Source of the DNA: Azolla caroliniana | Lineage: Eukaryota; Plantae; Polypodiophyta | Length of the DNA stretch: 64,000 nt | Assembly: GCA_043228905.1 (NCBI GenBank) | Contig: JBHGNT010000009.1 | Location: forward strand, 3,038,001-3,102,000 | Direction: 5' to 3' | In this document: positions 13,201 to 27,479 of the stretch, in pieces | Layout of the letters: the number at the start of each line of letters is the position of its first letter | How positions within the stretch are numbered: position 1 is the first letter of the stretch | The notes under the pieces: model-generated | What the model was told of the DNA's origin: nothing | Databases searched by the model: none | The model's input: the letters and a program-made list of their open reading frames with translations, nothing else | Made by a program: the position numbers and the translations under genes

Positions 13201-13706
13201 GGAATGATTTTTGAATTATCATCAAAATATTGATTTTCTTCGACCTCGTCTAATCCTTCCATCATATTGACGGACTTAGCATACACAGGCAAACACTGTT
13301 TGCTTGTCGCAACCTTGTTCTGTGTCGACACCCGGATTTTCGTTTTGCCTTTTCTAAATGTTAGTTGATTCTGATTCCAATTCTGCTTGATGTTAGCAGT
13401 CTTTAACTATCGGCGACCTAATAGCAAAGGATATGCACCAGGAGCTTCTAAATGAAGTATTACCGCCGATATAAGAAAACTATGACCACCCAACTCCACC
13501 TCTAATTGTCGGAGTAAGCCAATTGGTTGTACTGTACTAGTATCTGCCATTCTTAGCCAAAATGGGCAAGCTTCCCATTTAGTAATACCTAACCTATCAC
13601 AGGTGGCTTTATTAATGACATTTACTCTTGAGCCACCATCGATAATCGTATTTTCGATTTCCTGACCATGAATTATTACTTTAATTGATGGATTTTGCTC
13701 ATCCAT
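10216..13706 (-). pseudogene. gypsy pol: protease, RT, RNase H, integrase (disrupted)
   Basis: PR IIDGGSRVN...LLLGR; RT LRVCVDYRKLN, FLDGFSGYYQ, FLDDF; RH DASD, NYSTTEREAL; INT WGLDFVGP, SDQGTHF, YYPQANGLAE; no chromodomain or extra archaeal-type RH seen. Confidence 0.9.
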
Positions 13707-13821
13707 GATTGAAGGGCTGGTGCTCGGCTGACTATAGTGTACCGATACTTGTTCTGTCCCCTTTTGGCAATCAATGTTGCCACCTTTTCGGTAAATCTAG
13801 GAACCAACTTAAGTAATCCGG

Positions 13822-15480
13822 TCAGTGGTAATGAACTTGACAATCTGCTAAGATCTTCCAAGTTTCCTCTTGTTCTGGTACAACAATAACTCCTGGTAAT
13901 TCGGTAGCTTGGTTAATTTCATTGTCTTGGAGCATCCAGTTTACATTATTTTGGTTTGCTTCCTCTACCCATTCCTTGGCTGCTTTCCGGACTACTTCCT
14001 GAATCTCCCACTCAGATTGTTTACTTTTGCTTCTAGTGGTTACTTGATGTATTTCCAGTATAAGCATAATGACCAGTTTGACGGCAAATATAGCAAGTAG
14101 GAAGAAACGTTCCACTTCCCTCGCCTTGCACAAACTGATTAGTCCCATCATTTTGCATAAACTGTTGACCATCATTCCCATTAGAATTCGGCGATTGCTG
14201 AAACTATCGTGAGGCTTTCGGCTTGTAGAATTTTTTATTTTTATACCGGTTTTGCTTAAACCGTCCTCCATTTTGCTGTTGTTGATTCATATTCGGTGCT
14301 ACCGAGAATTCTTGATTTTGTTGAAAATCTTGATTGTGCTGAAAATTACTTTGTTGAAAGGACTGATTATTTTGTTGAAAAGTTGGATTCTGCTGGAAAT
14401 TATTTTGTTGAAAGGCTTGATTTTGTTGAAAATTATTTTCTTGACTTTGTGGAAAACTATTCTGTTGGTACCCATTATTGAATGAATTCTAGTTATTGTG
14501 GTACCCGTTTTCCGGAAAAATTTGTCTTACCAGAGCCGTCGTCTTATTGAGCAAATTATACTCACATTGCTTGATCGAATGAAGTTTAGAATGACATATT
14601 GTGCAATGTGTTCGTAGACTACATTCGATCGTCGAATGACTATTATTTAGACAAGTAGTACATTGAACTGCTTGTCGAAATTGTAACACCTCCATTGTTG
14701 GCAGTGTTCGATTTAGTGCTGACATATCCATACTCCGTACATTTATTGGCGGTCGGCCCATAGCGATTGCCTTATCAATCACTTGCTTGATATTCTGATT
14801 CTGGAAATCGAACACCTTCAGTGTTGTTCATAATGGTTCACGAAATGCTTCAAGGAATACATCCTTCAATTCATTGTCCGGAATAGGCTTGGAAATTTGA
14901 AGTTGTAAATTTTGAAAACGAATCACGAATTGAGACACCGTTTCATGCTATTCCTGATACAACCCATAAAATTGCGCTATCAAATCCTTTTGAGGTATCT
15001 CACGATGAAATAACTACAGAAATTTGGTGGTCAATTGTTCGAATGTTTCAAACCCACGAAGACCATTTTGTGCAAACTAGTTAGCGGAATAACTAGCCAA
15101 TGACAAAACGAACTCAACAATCTTAGACTTATCTTCGGCTACCGCCGACAGTCTCTGAGCTCCATGGTTAATCTCCCATGTTGTCAGGAAATCCCCCACA
15201 TGCGCTTCTGCATCAGTTCCCTCACGGAACTTAGAATACGGATAAGGCATATTGTCGTCACTCCAGATATCGTAAAATGATACCTCTTCTGGCTGATTTT
15301 CGTTCGAACACTGGCTATAAGTTAAATCAGGAAATACAAACCACCTTCTACTTGTTTCCAACTGTAATTCCTCAACCGATTCTTTCTCTAGTGACTTCGT
15401 AACAGAACACGTACGAGGACGTTTACAACCGACTGGTGTATCGGGATTAGACGACATCCATTCGTCTTGTTCTTTGTTAT
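13822..15480 (-). pseudogene. gypsy gag (disrupted) with CCHC-like knuckles and a Q-rich repeat
   Basis: YPYSKFREGTDAEAHVGDF; CTTCLNNSHSTIEC and CTICHSKLHSIKQC; TATTTTGTTGAAA repeats at 14290-14460. Confidence 0.75.
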
Positions 15481-17919
15481 TTGTAGATGTAACTGGGCGT
15501 GCCAAAATTATACTGTGTTGTTCGGTCAACAATTACTACTTTGCCGACACATGATAAGACGAACGTTCGTACCAAACGTTCTATCAAGAAGTTGTGGTTA
15601 AACGAATAGATACGAATTAGTTGTAAATTTATCAGTGATAACAGACACCGAGATCGTGACTTATGTAATATAGTTTAGACAGAATGAAATAGATAGCAAG
15701 AGCAATTCGTACACAGAGATTTCCTAATTAATGTTTATATTACTAAATACAACGATAGATTTCCTAACTAATCCTTTTATAGGTAACTCAAAGGTCTTTT
15801 CTCATCAAGAAATCCTACTGTCTATAATTATCAAGAATTACAAAACTTCGTAACTAACTATATCCTATTCGGCTATTTGTTGAGTCATCGATCCGAACTG
15901 TCGATCCGACTCTGACGCATCCATACTTGTCTGGGTAACACTGTTCCAGAAGAGGCGTGCGTTACACTAGACTCCATTCGCGCTGGTGAGCCCAAGTGCT
16001 CCCCGACTGGTTCTGGGATGTAGGCACCCTCCATGTCTCTGTAGTGAAACCGGCTTTAGCCGGCGTTGTAATGACCGTTGTATATACATGATTATATATG
16101 TGTCTTATGAAAGAGGGTGTTTGTGAGTTATAGCTCTCCACTTTGTCTCCGGTGTGTACATGTGTGTGCGTGCGGGCATGGTTAACTGGGCTGTAGCCCG
16201 CGTACCTCTTTCGCGCCCTCTGTAAATACGGTTATGAGGGTGTTATGGATACGCATACGTGCACCCTCTTCTCCTACGAGTTCTGGTCATTCCCGAAATG
16301 CATTCGGATCCGTCCATATCGGTCTTTCCCAAACAACATCCGGAACCGATCCGGCCAGAAACGAAACCGGCTCTAAAGGATTCGTCTTTCTAGAAACTCG
16401 TCCCTCCCCGGTCCAAGACCTTGGCGGTTCCGCCTGGATCCGACATGCATGAACGGATTTCCGCGACATCTTTGGTGAATCTAATATGAAAGGCGGCAAG
16501 GGAGGATGGAGTTGGATGACGAAGACTTCGAGAAGAGGAGGCAAGAAGCGAGAAGCGACACAACGGTTCGAAACGAGTCCGGTGGGTTCGGCACCGGAGC
16601 CGAAACTCTGGACATTGGAGAAGCAAGCCCAGGCGAGGCTTGTGCGGTCATAGAGCAGATGCTTTCCACCGACAACACTAAGGATTCGGTGGCCTCGGAC
16701 AAGTTGTAAGGATTCAATTCGAAATCGGTCTCCTAGGAGTTAATTCGGAATCGGTCTCTCTACATCTAATCCGGAGACTTCGGCAGTCTGGCCCGGGAGC
16801 CGACGTGAGACCGCAAGAGATGGGAGATGGAGGCGGAAATACAAGGAGGAGGACGACGAGTCCGAGAGAAGTGCAATTGGGAGGCGCAGAAATGAGGTGC
16901 GGTCCTATGGGTCTCCTCACACTTAACCCAGAGACTTCGGCAGGTGGCCCCAAGAGCCAATGTGAGACCAGAGAGATGGATGGTGGCAGCGGGAGAACAG
17001 GACTCAGCAATGCGGAGCGCTACAGATGGGCCCAGATGCTAACTAGGAATGTTAACTTCCGGATAACTGATCTGGAAGGGAGAGGATGGATGATGCGGGC
17101 CACCTTCTCGACATGACGAAAAAGCACGACTAGGGACAAGGTTGAGGTTGGAGATGCGACGACCACCGGTTCAGGAAGGGATGAACATGTCCGGACACGA
17201 TCGTCCGGAATGTCGATTCGAGAGAGGAAAGCAAGGTTGAAGCTTGCATGGGATTGCCATGGGCCGCGACGTCGAGCAAAAGTGGCTATGGACAAATTCC
17301 GGCTAGGTGATCCTACGGCGATCCGGAGACTCCGGCGGTCCGGCCCGAGAGTTGACGTGAGACCAAGAGAGATGGACTGTGTTGGCAGGTGAACGGGATC
17401 CTACTATGTGGTGAAGTGCGGATGAGCGATCCTCACACCGATCCGGAGACTCCGGTGGTCCGGCTCAAGAGCCGACGAGAGATCGAGAGAGATGGATGGT
17501 GTCGGCAGGTGAACGAGATCCGACAAAGCAAGGACCGAAAGAGCATAAAGAGGTATAAGGCCTTGTGTTGAGCGGCAAGCTCAACCGGATCCGGATTGGC
17601 TAAATAAGCCTAAGCCGGATCGGCATCCGGAAGGATGAGCCGGATCGGTGAGCCGGTGAGCAAGCGAGCCGGTGAGTCGAATCAAGCAGTAACCGGAAGC
17701 CTAGTAGTAGCCTAGACTACTAGGTAGTTAATGTCTCGTAGTTAGTGTCAGACACTTGTGTTATCATTGAAGTACATTGTACCTCTGTTAGTCCTCTTAG
17801 GACTTGTATAAATAGTGTTGTTGAGCACGTTGTATGTATAGAGAATTTTACAGAGTGTTTGATAATAAATTTAAGTTGTTCTGCTCTTTCTCTGTCTCTC
17901 CTGCGTACCTTTTGTGTAT

Positions 17920-17958
<39 letters not shown>

Positions 17959-18875
17959 GTTATCTGGCTAAGCCTGTTGTCTAACGCTTCCGCACCTTCG
18001 TTTTTACACCTTGGTTGCTCGATGCCTCTCGATACGGCAACGAACCGAAAACAGACCCGATCGGTAGGATCGAAAGAACGAAGGAAGGATGCGCAAGGTG
18101 CACGGGTCGTAGGCCTTAAAGGACAAAAGGCCCGAGATGGATCCTCCACACTGGTTCCGGAGACCTCGACAATTTGGCCGTCGTGGCAACGTAAGATCGA
18201 GGAGATGGAAGGTGGCAGCCATGGGACGAAGGCTGTAGCAACAGAGGCATCGAGCAACCAAGGCGTTACAAGGACAACGGACGCTAGGTGGGCCGAAACT
18301 TACAAGGGTGATCCCCGTACGAGTACCAACGCGGAAGGCTACCAAGGACACCCAAGTGAAAAGCAGTGTGCCAAACCGAAAAGGGCACACCCGGAAGCGA
18401 AATGAAGGATGTGCGCTTTGACAGGATTTGCACGCTCCCTATACGCAACGCTCGGCCACAACCGAGCTTAGAATCATACACAGAAAACGGGAAATAATGA
18501 ACGACACGAAAAAGAGATGAGTACGCAGGATGTTTACGTGGAAAACCCAAACTAAGGGAAAAACCACGACAACCCACAAGCTGCAAACTATCACTATGGT
18601 AGAATGTACAACAGTGAGTTCACGGAGGCAACGACCTCGTGCTCACGATCCTCGCCACAGGCGGCGGTTACAATAGAGGCAACGACCTCTTTCTCTCTCT
18701 CTCTCTGTACACGGTTTCACATTATCTCTCTCCTTGCACCAACAAGAATGACCACAACAACAGTTATCTAAAAGTTTGCCCTAAGTCATTTTTATACTAA
18801 TATGACTTTTCGGCTATTTACAAATATAGCCTCGATGGACTCTCAGAAACATATTTACGAATATGTCTCTTCATC

Positions 18876-19152
18876 CGGTGAGCACTTCTCACCGGGTCTG
18901 CACCATCCGACTCTTCGTAGCCGGGTACTCCTCATCCGGTCTTCATCGGGTCTGCACCATCCGGCTCTCCGTGGCCGGGTACTCCTCATCCGGTCTTCAC
19001 CAAGTCTGCACTATCCGGCTCTCCGTAGCCGGGTACTCCTCATCCGGTCTTCACCGGGGCTGCACCATCCGGCTCTCCGTAGCCGGGTACTCCTCATCCG
19101 GTCTTCACCGGGTCTGCACCATCCGGCTCTCCGTAGCCGGGTACTCGTCATA
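18876..19152. repeat. 54-bp tandem repeat (about 5 copies) inside a copia-type LTR (approx. 18500-19229, minus)
   Basis: Unit CCGGTCTTCACCGGGTCTGCACCATCCGGCTCTCCGTAGCCGGGTACTCCTCAT; the ORF track shows an 18-aa repeat. Confidence 0.9.
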
Positions 19153-19983
19153 CGGTTTTGGCCTCGGCCGAGTTTGTTCATCATCACTGTTCTTCTCCTT
19201 TCCCATCCGGAGGGACCTGTCTCCCAACACGCTTGACCATCCAGGGCCGAGGTAAAAGCACGGGGAAAGACCGGAGTTCGTCATAGGTGGTGCTGAGAGA
19301 AGGAGGAGAGCGGACAAGCCTCTCACAAGGCGAAGTCCAAGGTAGGACGACACACAGAGGTGCCGGGACGGAACCACGGGCGCAGAACAGGCTGCAAGGG
19401 TCGGTGGCCCTGAAGGACATCGGAGGTCGGAGAGGGATCCTCCGCACTTGTACTGAAGACCTTGGTGGCTCGGTCGGAATGGCAACGGCCGGCGTGGCAA
19501 GCGTAAGCCCGAGGTGACAAGTAGGTGGGGGTGAGGGGACAACGGCGGACGACACCAAACCGGTCGCAGCGGCATAGGACGAAAGGGGAAGAGCGGGCCA
19601 TTACGGGGTGTTCCTCGGGCACGGAGGACACCGGGTATACGGTTGAAGCGAAGACGCGTGATTTGGCCGGGCAAGGGCTGAGTAGCGTGCACGGGACGTT
19701 TGGCGTGTGGCAAGGCGGATCGAAACGTGCACGGGCAAGGTGCAACCTCCGATGATCGGTCGGAAGGAACGAGATCCACATCGCGCAGGACAAAGTATAT
19801 AACGGGCTTTGTAACTGAGCTCATAAGGTCATTACTATTGTTAGAGAGTGGTTGTCTCCATTATCGTAACTATTCCAAATAAAACCGTTTGATTGTGTGC
19901 CTCGATCTCCCTCTCTCCCTCTCTCATTCTGTTCTTTGATCTTGCCTTCACTTGTGCACTCGGTGATCGTCATCTCAAGGTGT

Positions 19984-20564
19984 TGTTGATGTTTCCACAC
20001 TGACGGCCTTAGTTCACAATAGACCGCATTAACAAATAGTATTTTTTGAACACACAAGGATTCAACTACAACCGAATTAATCAAAACATAGACAATTTGA
20101 ATTGGCTACACCGTTGATCGCCTAATAATCACACAACAATTCAAAACTTGTTTTACAAATTAACATACATAAATCAATAGCAAAAGGGTATTGTATACAC
20201 AAAACTCTTATATATTAATGTTCCATTTATAAACAACTTTATACAAGATTCATGCCCCTTTTTATAGGTAAGCATGCACTGTTACAATGCATCCTTTCAA
20301 ATCATCCTCTAATGGTCATAGTTATTCAGGTCTATATTGCTTCATATCCAATTAGTATTTTGGCTATGTTAATATTTATAATAATACTTAATTACTACTT
20401 ATTTCTGGGTTCACACTACTAACCGTCCATCCGAATCGGCATTTAGCTTCGGCCTTCATGCTTAGCTGGCTCCTAGCCATTTGGCTTATCTCTTTGTCTT
20501 CTTTCTGCTCCTAAGGGTAACACATGGCACACCCGTGGGACAGTGCCTTGCACGACGAACCCAC
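19984..20564 (-). mobile_element. 3'-type LTR (approx. 19984-20522) with adjacent inverted tRNA-Arg PBS-like motif
   Basis: Ends GGGTAACA like the 6755-15940 LTRs; minus-strand TATA near 20260; TGGCACACCCGTGGGAC at 20525-20541, GTGGG/CCCAC hairpin. Confidence 0.65.
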
Positions 20565-20569
20565 AAAAT

Positions 20570-21447
20570 TTTCGTAAGCTTTTCACAACATTCTTGTTTT
20601 GAAACATGATGCCTATCTTCTCCTAGAATTCATGAGCCTTACTCTCTTCATTGAAGTTGTTGTACAAGCTCATATTGATGAAGCATCGAATGTAGGTTGT
20701 TGTCTTCATGTGCATCACCTCCTAGGTTGGCACATCTATTTTGTCCGGTTTTGCATCTCCAAACTGTATAGGCAGCCAGAGATCTTTGACCATCAACATG
20801 TCCCTCATCTTCGACTTCCATACTGAGTAATTGGAGTCGGTGAGCTTGAACATGCCGTCGAATGGATCTTCCATGCTCTCATACCAGTTTGATGAAAAAT
20901 AGTGCTCGGCCACAATCGAGTCTCAATCGCGCAGTGGAAGAAAACTGAAAACAAAAATAAGACGACACAAAATATTAATGTGGAAAACCCTAATTGGGAA
21001 AAACCACGAGAGTTTTGAACTCCGATCAGGATCACTATAGGGAGCAGGTATTACAGTAAGAGTCACAGAGGCAACAACCTCAAGCTCTTTTTCTTCGCCT
21101 ACTGGCCGTTACAAACAGAAACAGATTTCTACATCTCTCTCTCACTCTTTGTCTCACTCTGTGTCTCTCTCTATATACAACAACGAGAATGACAACCACC
21201 AGAACCAATATTTCCCTAGTTATATTTATACTCATATAACTTTAGGGTTATTTACAAATATTACCTAAAACAGTCACATCGAAACATATACATAAACTAA
21301 TGTCTGGCCAAATACCGATCAGATCCATCCAATCTGGTTTCCAGATATCTTCCGGATCCATTCGGTCTGGTTCTTTCCTTTGGCTCGTCTGATCCGGCTT
21401 GTTCAGTTCTCATCTGAATCCCATCCGTAGGGACCGAATACCCAACA
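20570..21447 (-). mobile_element. Ty1/copia 5' LTR and gag N-terminal fragment
   Basis: MFKLTDSNYSVWKSKMRDMLMVKDLW (copia gag N-terminus); LTR terminus CCCAACA at 21447. Confidence 0.7.
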
Positions 21448-22207
21448 AGTTGTTGGCTCCCGTTCCTCGTTGGTTTAGATCGGCTCTTCTGCAGTTTTTT
21501 CTTCTTCAGCTCCTTGTTTCAGTTGCTCCTCCGAGTCTATCTTCTTGATTAACTGCCCTACTTGCTCAGTCAATTCCTCAATTTCGATGTTCGGCATAAC
21601 GTGCTCTTCCCTTGTCGGTTGTGATGGCTCCAGTTGCATCACCTCCATTGATCCAAGTGGATACTCGTTAGCATCATCCTTCGGTTGTTCCTCCTCAGTT
21701 CCTTGCTCGCCTAGACCTTTTTCTTCAGTCTGTTTGGCAATCAGTTTTGCCTTATCACTGATCATCATTTGTTCATTTTGGGTTTCCTCCGGATGTGCCT
21801 TGGACGTCTACATTTGTTCTTTCTCGTATGTTTCTAACATATAGAACAAAGCAAGATATTGAATGATTGAAGGAAGGTATAAGAGAATAGAAGAAGAGAG
21901 GAGCATGAATTGATAAGAGAAGAGTGAGTTTATCAGAATAGAATGAGTACAAGGATGAGTTGGATACAAGGTAGGCTTGGAGCTGAAGAGTGGTGTTGAT
22001 TCAAACTGATTTGATATGATCTATTTGTCTCTATTTATAGGTTTCTATAGAATAGCTTAGAGATTTCTAGAATGTTCTAGAATGTTCTGGACCTAGAATA
22101 TTCTAGGATGTTCCAGAAGATTTCTAGAATGCTCTAGAAAGTTCCAGAAGTTCTTCTGATACAATAATCACTATGAAAAGTAGCCTTTATCATTTCACGT
22201 CCTGAGA

Positions 22208-22272
22208 GGTTACCTTAATGGTTAGGCTTCGAATTTTGTAATACAAAGTCCCGGGTTCAAGTCCAGGTGAAG
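22208..22272 (+). ncRNA. tRNA-like cassette in LTR
   Basis: TAATGGTTAG A-box-like, TTTGT-AAT-ACAAA hairpin, GGGTTCAAGTCC B-box. Confidence 0.55.
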
Positions 22273-23488
22273 CATAAGGTTCATGGATTCATGACACTAT
22301 CCGTCGTCTTAAAACGATGAGTGGAAGGAGTTGTTAACAATGTAGGGCCGGGTTTGTTGGGATAGTGGTGATGGAAGTCGTCGATAAGAGCTTGAGTATT
22401 ACAAACATTATCGACAGGTTCCCATGTGCTATCGCTCGGGGTATACCCTAGCCAATCAACTAGATAATACAACGTATTACTCTAGGCCATCAGCAAGTTG
22501 GAGAGGAGGCGGTGGCGGCACAACACGATTAGGAATCGAGCTGGCGTGGCAAGGTTCCAAAAGAGAGCTATGAAAGACTAGATGAAGCTAGAGATTTGCA
22601 GGAAGACCAAGAAGAAATGTTGCATCGTTAATCCGCTCCATGATGACAAAAGGACTGAAGCGTTTATAATCTAGATTATCACATGGTCGAGTAGTCTTTA
22701 TGTGATAGTGTAACAACCATACCCGATCACCAATCTTGAATGGAGACAGAAGATGATGTCAATCTGTGTGGGCCTTATGTTGGGCTTGAGCTTTCTGAAG
22801 ATGTGAAGACAACTCGGACTGGAGTTGTTGTAGTCAGTGGAGGTGCTGCTCTGCACTAGGGTTTGGTGAGATCACTGGAATGTCCAAGAGACGCCATCAA
22901 GGATGGTTGCCAGTATAGGAATAGAAAGGTGTGACCTTGGTAGAAGAGTGTATGGTGTTATTGTACGCAAACTCTGCAAGATGCAATATATGACTCCAAT
23001 CATCTTGTTGATAAGTGATGAGACATCGAAGATACTGCTCAAGTGTTTGATTTGTATGCTCTGTTTGGCCATCAGTTTCGGGATGATATGCTGAAGAGAG
23101 TTTGCAAGAGATTCGGAGCCCGTTACATAGGTGCTTCCAAAAGTGAGAGATAAATTGTGGACCACGATCACTAATTATGTCGTTTGGAAGACCATGATGG
23201 CGAAATACTTCACGCATAATGATATCTGTTGTACGCAGGGCAAAAAATGTGCCATCTTGCATCAAAACCTTGTGAAGGTGGTAGATTTGTAATGAAATCC
23301 ATAGAAATTGACTGCCATGGCTTGCTCGGAGTTGGCAATGGTTGTAAGAACCCATAAGGATGATGCTTATGCATTTTGGCTCGACAACATGTGTCACATG
23401 TGTGAACGTAATCTTCAACAAATTGTTGTAAATGAGGCCACCAAAATGATCGCTTCACTAGCTCCATGGTCTTAGCAATACCAAAGTG

Positions 23489-24035
23489 TCCGGCCATACG
23501 GGCATCATGACAGTGCTCCAACACTCAAAGGCGTGGTGATCCATCAGGGACATAAAGGAGATTCTTGTAGAAAAGTAAGTTATCTTGCCGCTTGAACTCC
23601 TTATAGCGTCGAGATGTCCCTGGCAATGCATGATTTGGACCAAGGTGGGCGAAGACATCCTTAGCAAAATCATCAAAGTGAAGTGTGATCCATCAGGGAC
23701 ATAAAGGAGATTCTTGTAGAAAAGTAAGTTATCTTGCCGCTTGGACTCCTTATAGCGTCGAGATGTCCCTGGAAATGCATGATTTGGACCAAGGTGGGCG
23801 AAGACATCCTTAGCAAAATCATCAAAGTGAAGTTGTTGCCGGCCATACGGGCATCATGACAGTGCTCCAACACTTGAAGGCATGGTGATCCATCATGGAC
23901 ATAAAGGAGATTCTTGTAGAAAAGTAAGCTATCTTGCCGCTTGAACTCCTTATAGCGTCGAGATGTACCTGGCAATGCATGATTTGGACCAAGGTGGGCG
24001 AAGACATCCTTAGCAAAATCATCAAAGTGAAGTTG
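23489..24035. repeat. Internal tandem duplication/triplication (150-195 bp) in the Tcn1-like pol
   Basis: GATCCATCA.GGACATAAAGGAGATTCTTG...ATCAAAGTGAAG occurs three times. Confidence 0.85.
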
Positions 24036-24827
24036 TTGCCGAATAGTATCAAGAAGACTTGAATACAGTGGTGTGGCACAAACCGTGGTTGCTTGTAGTT
24101 TTGATGGACCAAGGAGAACTTGCTTTTGATGGTCGAAAGCTGGATCTCCACGGTGAAGTGCAAAATATGAGCGTCGAGATAGAGCATCTGCTTGCCCTTG
24201 TTGTTTCCCTAGGCGGAAAATGATCTTGAAATCAAAACAAGTTAAAAATAGTGCCCACCGAGCTTGTCGCCTATTTAGCACTCGAGCCGTCTGAAAATAT
24301 GTAAGATTTTTGTGGTCACTATAAATGATGATTTGAAGAGGCGAACCTTCCAAGAAATGTCTCCATTGCGCAAAAGAGTCGACCACACCTAGTAACTCTT
24401 TGTCATGCACCTCATAGTTGATCTCCGCAACATTAAATTTTCTTGAGTGAAACGTGACTGGATGCAACTACCCATCTTCACATGGCTCTGATAGGATGCT
24501 CCCCAATGCAAAGTCGGATGCATTTGCCTCAATGGTAAATGGCTTTTCTGGATCAACATGAGCTAAGACAAGAGTTGATGTGAATGCCTCTTTCAACTGA
24601 GTAAAGGCTTTGTCTACTTCAGGAGTCCAAACAAATGCTTGATTTTTCTTGGTGAGTTGACTGAGTGGCAATACAATCTTCGAATAATTCCATATGAATT
24701 TGCTGTAGAAGTTGGCAAATCCAAGGAAACACTGGACATCGCGGACGGAACTTGGAGTATGCCATTCCAATATTGTTTGAATTTTCATTGGATCCATGAA
24801 GATACCTTTGGAAGAAATGGTATAACC

Positions 24828-25545
24828 TGTAATGGACGCACCAACCCTAGACTACGACAAAGCACAGATGACGAGGTGATGATTGATAAGGTTACGAACG
24901 AGGAACTAGAAGTGACGAGGCTAGAAACTCGGGAAGTTGGGAGCGACAAGATGAGGAACTTAAGAGCCTAGGAAGAATACAAGAGCATAAAGACAGAGAT
25001 GTAAATCAAGGAGAGAAGATGGGCTAAAGAAGAATACTAGATTGATGTGTCAATGACTGGTGTGAATCCCTTGAAAGGGACTAAGCAACTTACAAGTATT
25101 TATACTGTGAGTTGAAATACATGCAATAGAATATTCTTGAGAATATTTTCCTTCTTGTCTACTTGATCTTTATCTCTATCTTCATGCACTTGTGTCATTC
25201 CTACCTTCTCAAGTTCCACGCTCTTAGCTCCATCATCCGTGCTCCGTCCGAGTTCGCGCTTGGTGTGTCTGTGACAGTTTGAATCCCTTGAAAGGGACCA
25301 AGGAGGTTACAAGTATTTATACTGTGAGTTGAAGTACATGCATTAGAATATTCTTGAGAATATTTTGGAGAATATTATAGAACCCTCCAGAACCTTCTAG
25401 TTCTAGAACTTTCTAAGAACTCCTAGAATGTGAATACATAACACGATTATGTACTTCGATGTGTTGGTTACAATATAGCACTTGACTATAATACAAGAGG
25501 TCAACAGTTCAAATCTTGACATAACCGTTGTCATGTCTGTGACAT
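24828..25545. mobile_element. LTR (24828-25276) plus partial duplicate
   Basis: TGTAATGGACGCACCAA / TTGGTGTGTCTGTGACA imperfect inverted termini; 25064-25150 repeated at 25280-25366. Confidence 0.55.
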
Positions 25546-25549
25546 ATGG

Positions 25550-25880
25550 GACCAGAGTCCTTCTCGGTGGTGTCTTAAGTATGGCACTTAATTTATCACT
25601 CCCTCTTAGTATGTTAGCATATCTTGAACAAATTGCACTATATGTTGAGCATGTGAAGAGAAAGTGACATTCAACCTCTACCATGCCTTCATTGCATACT
25701 TTGCATGTCTTCAAATTAATTACATTTTGATACCATGATGCAACTTCAATACCTAACTTGTGAGATCGAGTGTGAAGTAGCGAGAGAGGAAGTTTTGTCT
25801 TTCTTATTATCATTCATGCCCCATGTGGGGTTATATAGTACAAGAGGATCATACATCAATGTGATATATAGGGGTGCATA
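25550..25880 (-). pseudogene. 3' fragment of an RTE-X-like LINE ORF2
   Basis: SHKLGIEVASW...CKVCNEGMVEVECHFLFTC, matching the C-terminal motif at 54393-54665. Confidence 0.7.
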
Positions 25881-26013
25881 CCCCTCTATCCATTCACACA
25901 CCCAAGTCACTCACACTCTTTCATATCTACATGCACACACATGTGCATGTGTTCATACACATACATACTTCCTCACTCTTGTGCACATTACACATACACT
26001 TACAACAATACGT

Positions 26014-27460
<1,447 letters not shown>

Positions 27461-27479
27461 TGGATTGTTTGATCGGGGC

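Larger units (their letters stand above)
6755..15940 (-). mobile_element. Near full-length Ty3/gypsy LTR retrotransposon (non-chromovirus, Athila/OTA-like) with extra 3' ORF
   Basis: Direct-repeat LTRs 6755-7213 and 15519-15940 (TG...CA); PBS TGGCACGCCCAG at 15504-15493; order gag-PR-RT-RH-INT on the minus strand. Confidence 0.92.
6236..16490 (+). mobile_element. 5' LTR (6236-16468, split by the 9.2-kb nested element) of a tRNA-Trp-primed gypsy-like element, followed by PBS
   Basis: TGTCGTGA start after ACGT; CGCGACA end, then TCTTTGGTGAATC; same architecture as 26014-26758. Confidence 0.65.
21840..24827 (-). mobile_element. Tcn1-like chromovirus 3' half: RH, integrase, chromodomain, PPT, 3' LTR (LTR 5' end at 22296, other boundary uncertain)
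   Basis: NYEVHDKELL, ISDRGPQF, YHPETDGQTE, chromodomain YYLVDWLGYTPSDSTWEP; CATGACA at 22296. Confidence 0.85.

Noticed and set aside
18876-19152. Regular repeat resembling a CRISPR array or repeat protein
   Set aside because: Head-to-tail 54-bp units with no unique spacers, inside an LTR; the ORFs arise only from the repeat.
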